From Phoronis australis (Eukaryota > Animalia > Phoronida): a stretch of 48,220 nt of DNA. The stretch lies in contig NMRA01000299.1 in the NCBI GenBank assembly GCA_002633005.1, forward strand, positions 396,840 through 445,059. The letters run 5' to 3'. Positions 33,425 through 44,063 of the stretch are shown here, in pieces (position 1 is the first letter of the stretch; the number at the start of each line of letters is the position of its first letter). Both the position numbers and the translations under genes were made by a program. Under the pieces are notes generated by a model that worked only from the letters and a program-made list of their open reading frames with translations, was not told the DNA's origin and ran no database searches.

Positions 33425-36001
33425 TGCAATAAAAATCCAATCGACGTCAGTAGTCAGATCTGAGTACCAGTGTGCCCCCTAGTGGCAATTTTATTTTTCT
33501 GGGTTTACCTGTGTATCTTCAAACGTCTCAACGGATTTTCAGAAAATTTGGAATATAGGCATCTATTGGTGAGATGATGCTATCTTCCCGTTTTCGGATG
33601 GAATCAAGGTACTTTGCGCCAACTAGTGGCCATTTTTCCTGTTTTAAAGTCTTTTTTTAGCGTCCACCCCTTGATCAACCAAACCATTCTAAGGATGATT
33701 TTGAACATTGGCGTGTATGATCTCAGTGTGAAGAGGACGGTTGACGTTAACGAGTTTGACTACTGTGGCGCCTCCTGGTGGTACTTTTGTTTTGCATCTC
33801 CTAAACACACTGCAAGATCTTTATTGAATTTAGTACTGTACTCGTCCGGGTTACGGCCCATGGTCGGCTTACCGCCCAACCCCAATCATTCAGTTTTAGT
33901 GGAACCTGGACCTTACCTTACTATGGTGGTAAAATACCCGCATTCTCATGCCCTTTGCTGAAAGAGACACAATTATTTCCTTTGGCTCACGCTCGGAACT
34001 CATGTCGGCATGTACTGATCACTAAGACAGCGCTTGTCGAATGTATTTCATTTGCTGGGAAGAACCAGCAAATTGAGTGGTACTTGACAAGAATATCACG
34101 TCCATGGCCAACCTTTCTGTGATTCCCTGTGACAGTACATGAAACATAACCACCGTGAGTATTGAAATAAGAAAAGGCATGGTCCATTGTGACAAGCCAA
34201 CTTGTCTCGCTGTTCCCCGTCTTGGTTAAAGGCATGTTTTTAATGACTTTCACACCTGACACCAAAATGGAAGCGCCCAACTGAAAGCGACAGTGCAAGA
34301 AATCAAGTTTTCATTAAGCGCAAGTCAAACATTCTGTCCACATCCACATGGTCAAAAACTTATTTTTTGAACTTTTGATTTGCCTGATGACTTTTTATTT
34401 GTTTTTTGACTATTTTACATAATGTGCTTTTGCTTCTTTGGCAGCCGACTGAGCACCCCTATTGCCTATAGTAGTATGGTCTGATTGTTGGGCACCTGCT
34501 ATGAACAAGAGCGGTGTTGGCTTTGAACTCTAAAAAGAAATATACAATGTATATAAAATGTTCAAACTAAGTTCAAAGTATTCAGTAAGAAGACCTCTCA
34601 ATCATTAGCAGGTGTTTGGTTGCCTAACTAAGTTCAAATAAGGAGACCTGTCAATCATTAGCACATGTTTGGTCGCCTAAAGTGTCTCTTAAAAATACAC
34701 CTCGAACTAGTGGAGTCTTACTTGATCTGCAAGAAACTTGCCCTATTGAACGCACGCCTACCTGTAGGAATACCTTAGTTCTAAGAGATAACGAGCAACG
34801 ACCGAGGTATCTAAAAGCCCAATCAAGCTTGGGATCACGACGCCACTATATCGTGTGCGCTATTCCTCTTCAAGCCGTCGAAGTCTGTTTCTTCAATCCC
34901 CCGACCTATATTTTAACTGAAATGCTTTAAGTCCGACGTCATTGTAGCTCTGTGAGGGTAAAATCAGTCCTCCATGCAGTAAGCAACAACTTAAAACTTT
35001 TTAAAAAATTTCGATTTTAACCGCTCAAGTTTGGCTTACCACCCACCCCGTTTTTTTAGATTCCCAATTTAAGCGCTCTGGGCCATAACACGAACGAGTA
35101 CGATAATTGTATTTATATGAATCTAACAACAGACGACATTGTCTTTCAGGCTGATCCAATGAATGCTGTGCCCCATAATGGCAATTTAATTTTTTCCGTT
35201 TTCCTTTGTTTCTCTACATTCCTTGACAGGTTTTTATGAAATTTGGTAAACAACTTTCTATTAAAGAAGCAATGGCATGTTCCAGTTTTCAGTTGGATTG
35301 GAAATTTTTGCTCCATCTAGTGGCTATTATTATGAAACAAATAAACCAAATCCCTTGAAGCACACTGTTTCAACGCTCTGCGTTGCTCTTGTTTATGTTT
35401 ACCTCAAAGACTTTCAACATGTTTTCATAAAATTTGGCTTATAAACATCTATTAGTGAGGTGACCCTATTCTCCGGTTTTCGGATTGATTCGAGGTATTT
35501 TGCACCAGCTAGTGGCCGTTTTTACTGTTTTTGAGTCTGTTTTTTGACGTCTGCCTCTTTGTCAACCAAATCACTCTAATGATTGTAAAAATTGGCATGT
35601 ATATTCCTACACCATCTAGTGACCACTTTTCTGGTTTTTAGTTTGTTTTTGGCAACCACCCCTCTTATCAACCAAACCACTTCCAGTCTAAGGATGATTG
35701 TGAAAAAGTATATGTTCTCAGTGTGAAGAGGACTGTTGACAACTTCAACTACTGTGGCGACTTCTAGTGGCAGTGATGTTTTTTGCGCCCATAGCCTCCT
35801 AATAACAATTTCGTTTTTTTCAGTTTTCCTCTGTTTATCATAAATTCCTTGATGGATTTGTATGAAATTTGATAAATAGCTTTGATGACATATACCAGTT
35901 TTTGGATGGATTCAACATATTTTGCGCCATCTAGTGACCATTTTAATGATACAAGTAAACACTCCTAGAAGCGGTGCATTTCAACGCTCCGCATTGCTCT
36001 T
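33425..36001 (+). mobile_element. HINE family 1 array, interrupted by MITE A copy 2, with two successive 3' ends
   Basis: Core units at 33425-33835 resume at 35104; the 3' hairpin CAACGCTC(T/C)GC.TTGCTCTT occurs at about 35371 and again at about 35983. Confidence 0.75.
33836..35103. mobile_element. pogo/Tigger-like MITE family A, copy 2 (both ends present)
   Basis: TA|CTGTACTCGTCCGGGTTACGGCCC ... GGGCCATAACACGAACGAGTACGA|TA; inserted at a TA of a HINE unit whose two halves rejoin (TTAGTA / ATTGTATTTATATGA). Confidence 0.82.
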
Positions 36002-36811
36002 ATGATTTTGAGTTCGTTTTGTAGTGTTTACCTCTTTAGGCTCACAAGTTCACGAGGTCAGAAATATGCCTTGTATGTAAAACACAGAGAGGATTGTTTA
36101 AGGTTATTTTCAGTGGATGACATTGTATAAATGTTAGTTGAATGTTTAGTTACCATACTCTTCTAGGGTGTTTAAATTGAAAAATCCATGAATCGGGGTG
36201 TTTGTCAAGCCAACTATGGGGAAATACTTTTTGCAGTGTTTGCACACACGTAGGCTAGTATTAGAATGTGCACAAGCTAAAAGTATCATTTCATGTCTCC
36301 TTCAGCAAAAAGAAATATACTGGCTAGTTGCCTCTTGAAACTGTTCATTAAACAAAGAAACGCAAGTTACATAGGTTTTGAAGCTTAAATTTGTGGGAGA
36401 TGGGTGTTCAAAAAGATGCAGGCTCTTTTAACGAAGTCCCAATTGTATAAATTGAGGGGATGCTTAGCCAAGCAGTGGCATTTAAAATTGAGAATTTTGA
36501 AATGTCGGGTGGGTGTTAAGCCGAACATGGATATTAACAGACAAGTATGGAAATTTCTACACCAGTGCAACTGAAAATAGTCTAAAGCAGTCCTATTAAA
36601 GGGATTTTTTTCTCAGTACCTAAAACGCAAATTAAACCAGTTATTGGAAGACACAGATGATACATTTAGGTCATAAGAGGGAATCTTGCATCCAACATTT
36701 CAAACTGAAGCCATGTTTCTAAAACAGTGAATTACTGCAAACTATCCATAGTAGCCCACCACTCAGTAACCTGTGTGTCCCTACATTAAATTGATTCACC
36801 CCTATTTACAG

Positions 36812-36940
36812 TCCCACCAAGATCTGTGTCGCACGCTGGAAAGCAAGCTGTCCGATTACCACCAGGCAATAAAGACTGCTTCTCAAGACAAAATAAGTGC
36901 CTCCTTAAGAGCTCAAAGGAAAGACCAAATGGTGTATTAG
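36812..36940 (+). CDS. NUP160: NUP160 terminal coding exon M
   Basis: ttacag|TCC...TAG; SHQDLCRTLESKLSDYHQAIKTASQDKISASLRAQRKDQMVY*, resembling ILDKLEDYQQKVDKATRD. Confidence 0.88.
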   Translation, partial: SHQDLCRTLESKLSDYHQAIKTASQDKISASLRAQRKDQMVY

Positions 36941-39120
36941 TCTCAGTTTCAGTGTGTGTGTGTCATTCATGAAAAAATTGTGACCAGTATTGTGGTAACT
37001 GCTGCACACGAATTGAAAGTTGCTACAGTTAAAACTGGTCTACAAGGTCTAATACTTGTTCAGGTGACAAACAAGGTGGGTCATCAGTGTCCTTCACTGA
37101 AAAGGATCAGACTTGAACACAGTCACTGTGTTGTGAAGTGCCGGCGACTGGTAACGGAACCTACATGCTCTGAACAGGAAGACCCTAGGTTAACTTGGAT
37201 AGATGTTTTTCCAGATTAATTACTGTTGCTGGCGTGCATTTACTATTTTAATAGAAATTAATACAATTAAACCGATCAGCAAAATACTCGCATCTTGGTT
37301 TTGCTTTCATTGCTGTTGAGCAAACACAATGTCAGACTCGCTGTTTTGTTTGCTCGATGGACATGAATGCAAAACGAGTATTTACGTCATGTTCTCTTGT
37401 TTTGTCTTGATGGTAAATACAAACTGAGAAACAGTAATTAATATGAAAAATGGCTAGGTAACTGAATTTTAGTTAAGGAATAGTCATTTTTCCTTTTAAA
37501 GGAATACTATTCTTAAACTTGTCTGCCTGTGAAAATGTCCATTTCAAACTAGGTGTAAACTAAGTTACGAGCTCAGCTAGCTACCTTCATTTTGAGTGAA
37601 AGCTGAAATATTTTATCTAAGGCGAAATTCCAACTGATTTGAATGGCCAAGTGGAGGAATCTAAATAATCATACCATGGATTTTTTTCCCAGAGTAAAGT
37701 AAAAATTGGAGTTTTACTTGCAGCAGTAAAACTAGCAACTAGTTAAATTTTTACTTTGCCGAAGTTCCGCAGTACAGTTGTTCTTGCTTTTATTCTTTAG
37801 TAAAGTAGAAGTCAAAATTCTAAAGTTCAATTTCCATACAACTCTGACAAAATGTGCAGACTACTTATCATATAAAATTCTTCGCTTTTACTTCATTTCC
37901 ATCATATTCATTCCATGACTAATCTCTTCCAAGCACATGATGAAATTTAACCAAATACGGAATTCTGAATGCTGTATGGGTAGTCTCGACCCACATTTAT
38001 GATGCAAGTTCCCTTGATGTGTTGAAGTTTTTAACTACATCAGATGTACCTTATGAAAATAACTGCATGTATATCACAAACCTTTTGCGATGCACATGAT
38101 CTGTAGAAGATACATTATTTTAACTGGTCATGTTTTAGTGCAAGGGATTTGCTGCGATCCGTCAAACCTTTGTGCACTCGACCCATCTGATAAGTCAGAT
38201 TTCACTTAACTCTGATGAAGTCTCTCGGTGTAGTTGGATCGAACTGATGAGAGTTTTAATGTTAGTTCATTCATTAATTTACTATCTTCACACTTTGATG
38301 TGAGCTATGTAATCGCCGTTTCACTTGAGGGAGCCAGCTCGGCTTGCAACTCTATCTGCTTTGAGCCATACATAGTAAAGTGGTTAGTTCAAGAAATCTT
38401 CACTTCAATAAGTATAAATCCAAGACTGTATTTTTGTACACATGTAACATAACACTAGTAAGAATAAAATGTACACAAATTACAATGTTTCTTTTTTACT
38501 TTGAGAACATGCAATCTTCAAGTTATTGCTGCATCAATATTCTGCAGACAGAGCATTTTTAAAGAGATGTTTGAACATTCAAGACAGAAAAGGCATTTTG
38601 AAAATTTACAAACAATAATTAAAAAATACAACAAAAATTACATTAGGTTTCATCACCAAGTCTATAATCAAAACATGACTATATAAAATACTATATCCTT
38701 GTCTATGCACAGGATTACATCCTTTGCCACCATAAAGTGGACCGACACAAAACAGTTCTGAACATGATCTCCATGTCAACGGTAGTCTGATGACCATGCT
38801 TCAGATTTTACGAAAGAAATGTGAAGAACTAAGTTAATAACTAACACATGGTTGAAATTAGCTCATTTCAATGAAATGTGTTTACAATAACTACTAACAT
38901 GTACACCATGAAGTATCAACATATTTGATATACATGTTTTGAAGAGAAGTAACTACCATTCAGCTTTGTCCAAGAACCTTCCCTAACAATGTGACCCTGG
39001 AAATTGATATGCACAAACAGAAATAGATATTGCTAATAACAGCTTTGGCACTCGCGGTGTTACAGCACTTGGACTATCACAGATAACCAATTCACGGCTG
39101 ACTTTAAATTGTCTTCACAT

Positions 39121-39150
39121 TCAGTATGGACTGTATTTCTGAAGAAATTC
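39121..39150 (-). CDS. TCFL5-like bHLH gene, terminal coding exon
   Basis: - strand ttgcag|GAA TTT CTT CAG AAA TAC AGT CCA TAC TGA (EFLQKYSPY*); phase 0 matches the upstream donor; EF matches the TCFL5 post-bHLH KKEF motif. Confidence 0.8.
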   Translation of the reverse strand, partial: EFLQKYSPY

Positions 39151-39334
39151 CTGCAATGAAACCATGTGTTCATGCAAAGGGAAACTTTCATCTTAAGTGT
39201 CAATAAACCCAAGCCTTCTTTCAAAAACTAACTTGATTCAGGCCACTTGTAAGTGCTGTTCATACACACACTTGCCTTAGAACAAGTTAGTACTTCTGGA
39301 ATGAGTTGTCACTAGTTTGGGGCTGTCTGGACCA

Positions 39335-39500
39335 AAAAAAAACGAGAAAATTTACTTACTGGGAGACATTTAGTTAGTTGAGCATGACGTTACAAGCCAG
39401 CAGCTCAGACCCTTGACCATATGAGGGCCTGAGCAACAAGCTTGAAATGCCATGCTCAACTAACTAAATGTCTCCTCGTAGCTATTTTTTCTTGTTTTTA
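39335..39500. repeat. Palindromic (fold-back) MITE-like element in the last intron of the bHLH gene
   Basis: Perfect 25-bp arms 39362-39386 and 39451-39475, plus inner GCTCAGACCCT/AGGGCCTGAGC and outer imperfect pairing. Confidence 0.8.
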
Positions 39501-39721
39501 TCATCATCACAGGAGACAATGATGAACACTTTTAACTGAATTGAAGATTTGTATTTATAGGTTAGCGTTGTACCACAAGTTTGCTTTCCCTTTCTCTTTA
39601 AAATGGTTAAAATACTATTCAAATATTGCCAAACAGTTTTCAACCAGTGTGATTCTCTTCTGAATTAATTTTCAAGCAATCAAAAATAAAGCATCTATGT
39701 AGAGTTCATCAAGACACCTAC

Positions 39722-39863
39722 CCTGTCGTATTTTTTTCCTATCCGCTCCTTTAAAAATAGTATGTACTGTGTGCCAAATTCAAAAACTGTTGCTTTGTCC
39801 GTTTTGTCAGTCATGCCAGGTACCAGTTCTCTAAGCAACTGGCATGCATCCTTTACTCTTGCT
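39722..39863 (-). CDS. TCFL5-like bHLH gene, helix-loop-helix exon
   Basis: ttgcag|...|gtaggt on the - strand; (R)ARVKDACQLLRELVPGMTDKTDKATVFEFGTQYILFLKERIGKKYDR, resembling TCFL5 RIRICCDELNLLVP....TDKATTLQWTTAFLKYIQERHG; phase 2/0. Confidence 0.92.
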
Positions 39864-40687
39864 CTGCAAAAGTTTAAAAACAAATGGAAAAAGAATTTCA
39901 GACGCATTCGTTTTTGTCCTCATGCATAAATAATAGGTTTTGAATCAAGCACTGAATTTTTCACCAAGGAAACGGTACATAACTATAGATCAGTGACACA
40001 TAATAAGAAGACCTGTTTGGTGATTGTTCAAATAGATAAGCTCATCAAAACGTCACAAGATGAAGGATACTTGTGACCAAAGACCACAAATGGAAAAGTT
40101 GGGCAAATTTATTATCTGATCATATTGCAGGCACCCTGAAAACCACAACGAATTCAATGAACAACAGACCCAATTATTGTGGTAGAGTGCACACCACAAA
40201 GTGCTTGAGCAGATAGCAAAGATTATGAGACCTATAATATTTGAACACTGGTATGATACTGACATTCATGGTCCCTCAACAAATGAAAACCAGAGTAATG
40301 CAAAGCACTGATATGTGGCAACTTGTGTGCATTGCGCACAACCTCAGTCACTTTTGAAGTCATCCATGTACAGTCTGTGTCATGCCCTTGATAAAGAGTG
40401 TACCGCTGGAAACATGGGGAATATTTTAACATATCTCAGTACCAACGCTTGTTGTTTCACTTTTACTATTTCATCAGTTACTATAGTGGTGTTCACTGAG
40501 GTATAAGCCTCTCATGGAGGTTTGTTGTCAATGATTTGCATGCCTGACTTATGTGAATTTTACAATGACCTGTTTTAAATGTCTGCATTATTTTGAATGT
40601 ATCAAAGTCAGCCAAAATGCCAAGGCAAATATGCAATCAAAGACTGAAAAACTATTGAGTTTCTGCAACTAATGGTTTAAGTACTAC

Positions 40688-40938
40688 CTCCTCATTCTTT
40701 CTTTAGCATTGTGATGCTGTCTTGCAGCAGCTACTGAAGTACATATGCTGTGCAGTTGTGGGACAAAGAGAGGCGCCTTGTTGTCCAGTGGTCCCATCAT
40801 AGGCCGATGGGGTGTACCATCTATCATGCTCGAAGGTGTGTTGTTAGGAACGGTGGGATATTCTGGTGACGAGTGGTGGTCCTCGCCACTACTGTTGAGA
40901 CCATCACCCATGATTGCCATGCCTTGAGAGTGATAACC
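40688..40938 (-). CDS. TCFL5-like bHLH gene, basic-region exon
   Basis: acacag|GGT...AG|gtagta; ends ARQHHNAKERMR(R), the H-N-x-x-E-R-x-R-R basic region; phase 0/2. Confidence 0.92.
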
Positions 40939-41846
40939 CTGTGTACACAAAATGGTGAGCATGTATAATGATGCTGCAATTTGCAATAACTTGAAAGCTA
41001 CAGCTATAAGTCATCGTACCTCCAATCCTTTCAAAGTCTCCTAAACAAGAAAGCGTGATCTTGGTCAACAAACAACAAATCAAGTCTGGGCAGTGAAAGT
41101 GTAGGATCATTTAGTACCATACACATCACATTTGAATTGCACATGAGACATTAACCTGCACACATCGAAATTAAGATCACACTAACACATTTATCATAAG
41201 AAATAATACAGTAACTATAACTGTACGTAAATCAAGCCATCCAGAAGAACTTATGTACTCAAAGATTCAAGGTTTTACAATTCGCTTGTCACTGCCATTT
41301 GTATTTTATAACCTAGTGGTGAACTCGTGGACTAAAGCATTCACTAGGCTCATTGGCTGGCACTCGGGTGGTCACTACACAACGTCATTAGGTCAAAAAC
41401 TGAGCTCACAAGATGGTAGATGATTTGATTCGCTGTTGTTAGAGGAAGGTAAAAAAAGGCAAAAATTTTTAACCAGCAAGACCGTTTCTGATTTTCTAAA
41501 CGTGTCAAGGGAATTCAAGTTTGTTAGTATGTTACACACTGAACAAAAATTTTCCTCCCATTCTTTTGGGTTATATACATTTCACCAAGTGGTGAAAAGC
41601 CCTCCGGTGGAACTTCAGCCGTCTGTTTAGAGCTGAGTATTGGCTGAGCATCAGTGGGGAAAGACCACTCACCAGGAACCATACTAACCAATCAGTGACA
41701 TAGGGAGTACGAGTTTTAAGTTGTTTCTTATCTTTTAAGTTTGACGCCAATGATGCAGTAGCAGCTGACAGAACGAGGAGTGGTTGAAATCATCAAAACA
41801 GGGTTTAGCATCCATTTAAGTTAAATTCCAACTTAGTGAGAAGTAC

Positions 41847-42606
41847 CTGAGGAGCACTTGGAAAATGACTGATTTGGCCTGGTGATGGATAGTAGCTCGT
41901 TGGTGGAGGTATCATGTTGCGGGTACCTGCTGGCATGTACATCATGTGCATAGGATGTGGTGTGCGAACATGCGGCATGCGTGGGTAACTCGGTGGCCGT
42001 AGCATCCTGTGACTGTCAAGGGCGTACTGTCCTTCTGCTGGTGTCGACATCGGCGCAGGTGGTCGACGGAAGTTACAATCAAAGTTCTGTCCAATACCTG
42101 ATGTTGGACAAGAAGACTCGGCATAGGATGGTGAAGGAGTACTAGACGATGGAGTTCCAGAACTCCCACCATACTGGACACTATGCTCCATGTCTGCATT
42201 GCCGTCGTGTTGCGAAGCGGTAAATGACATTATGTGTGGTAAGCTTTCATCAGACACCTTGGAGTCTTCATCATTTGACATTCGCTCCCCATCATCTTGG
42301 TCTTCAGGATAATGAAGTTTTCTGGCAGCCTCTGTTGCATAGCTGTCACATGGCTGTGCTTGAATGCTACCATCTGTCGACATGCCATATTCAGATTTAA
42401 GGGAATGTTCACCTGCATACTGCTGATTATTACCTTCTCCTGCTTCACCATTGCCTACCGCATGAATTTCTATAACGTTGTCTTTTATGGATATTTGCTG
42501 TCCATAGTCCAGCATAATGTAACTAGCATTGTCTTGTGGAAGCACCGCTCCATTCTCCCCTCTTCTACCTGATGCTCCATTTTCATAGGGTTGTGCCAAG
42601 TTTTGC
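41847..42606 (-). CDS. TCFL5-like bHLH gene, large low-complexity exon (5' end of gene unresolved)
   Basis: ttccag|G CAA AAC TTG...CCT CAG|gtactt; 760-nt stop-free, acidic then S/P/M-rich frame that splices in phase 0 to the basic-region exon. Confidence 0.82.
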
Positions 42607-43422
42607 CTGGAATTAAATGAAAATTCATGTGTGACTTTTCACCACTCGTCCTTCTGAGCGGCTTTTACAGGAATCAAAGAGAGCACGGCGCCAGAGTCGG
42701 ACGCAGTTGCGATGACCGCATTGTCTGGTGCAAGCAAGATCCAATTAAGTGTAATTACCCCACCATAAACCATTGTAAACATCTCTGCCTGTATGTAGTG
42801 GTGAATTTTCAAAATGCATTAAGCAACAGTTTTTGTTAAAAATGAATACCACAGCTGTATTCAGATTGAAAAAACAACCAAGCTTGGTTTTCGATTTTTA
42901 AAAATTGATGAACTATTAAGCTAAAAACTACAAACATTGGGTACGATTGAAGATAAACAACTGTGCGTATTGATATAATCGGTGATTTAAAAACGCTGAT
43001 CAGTTAACAATATCAATTGGGTTATTCTTTTAATATAAAACTAAGCTACATTGAAACATCTGTAAACAAGACACGGCGACTAAATTAGATGTCAATAACT
43101 TTTAAAACATCGCTTATAGCTCAGTGCATGCCAAACTACTTTACTCCAGTAGTACACTAACCGGAAATTTGCTATTTGTGGAAATACGCCAATTTCGATA
43201 GTTAGCTTGTGAAGACAACTAAGACGGCTAGCCTTGTAGTCAATGAGAGAGTGCAAGCAGTGAATGAGGTTGGTGGGTGGGCAAGAGCAGTGATTTCATT
43301 TTTACGACTGAGAAAAAGCCAGAATAGTTGTGTAGTTACTGCAACCAAAATTGTCCAGAGATTCCAAATCTTCAGTTTGGCTATCACCATATTTGCACTT
43401 TTGAGTTCTAATAAAATTGAAC

Positions 43423-43636
43423 TTGAACTAATGGCACGTGTAGTTTTGTTTGCTGTGACATGTTTGGTATAGCTGTAATCTGGAAAATTGAGGGATGGGT
43501 TCACAATTAACTGACTTTTAAGTTGTTTTGAACTAATGGCACGTGTAGTTTTGTTTGCTGTGACATGTTTGGTATAGCTGTAATCTGGAAAATTGAGGGA
43601 TGGGTTCACAATTAACTCACTTCTAAGTTGTTTTGA
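43423..43636. repeat. Tandem duplication, 105-bp unit, 2 copies
   Basis: TTGAACTAATGGCACGTG... starts at 43423 and again at 43528; it causes the repeated peptide in ORF 43202-43654. Confidence 0.92.
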
Positions 43637-44063
43637 TACTTCTTTTAAACACAAAATAAAAAGATAGCAACCCTAACCCAAAAGAAAAAAAAAACAAGTA
43701 GACAGGAGTATTAAATTAAAGTAATGAAAACAGGTTTGAAACAGATATTATTTAAAACCAACGTTCCTTTGGGAAGTGGCCACTTCAAGCTTAAAAATAA
43801 AATGAAAAGAGAAACCTGGCAGGAAACAAAACAAAGTAGACTGGAGTATTAAAAGTACAATGACAAAAACAGTTGTGAACATATTTAAAACCAACGATGG
43901 CTGGTTTGAGAAATGTCCCAATGTCAAGATCAACCCAATTTATAGCCAGCCAGCTAGCTGTATGAAGTCTATTGTCAAAATACAGCTAGGTACCACTGCA
44001 TGTTTTTCTTTGGCAAAGAATTCCAACCCCACTTTTTTGGTCACTGTTAACTTTTTCACCATG

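Noticed and set aside
3813-36811. U12-type (minor) introns in NUP160
   Set aside because: None of the 12 visible donors has the RTATCCTT signature; all look like U2-type GT-AG introns.
38205-38255. SECIS-like or box C/D-like motif (CTGATGA...CTGATGAGAG) in the 3' intergenic region
   Set aside because: No apical AA loop, no in-frame UGA in the visible NUP160 exons, too short for a C/D snoRNA, and no GAAA box for a hammerhead.
43202-43654. 150-aa ORF with an internal repeat
   Set aside because: Explained by the 105-bp tandem duplication; no domain similarity recognised.
43860-44060. N-terminal extension of the LINE ORF
   Set aside because: Lies outside the TSD; it is flanking DNA that happens to be in frame.
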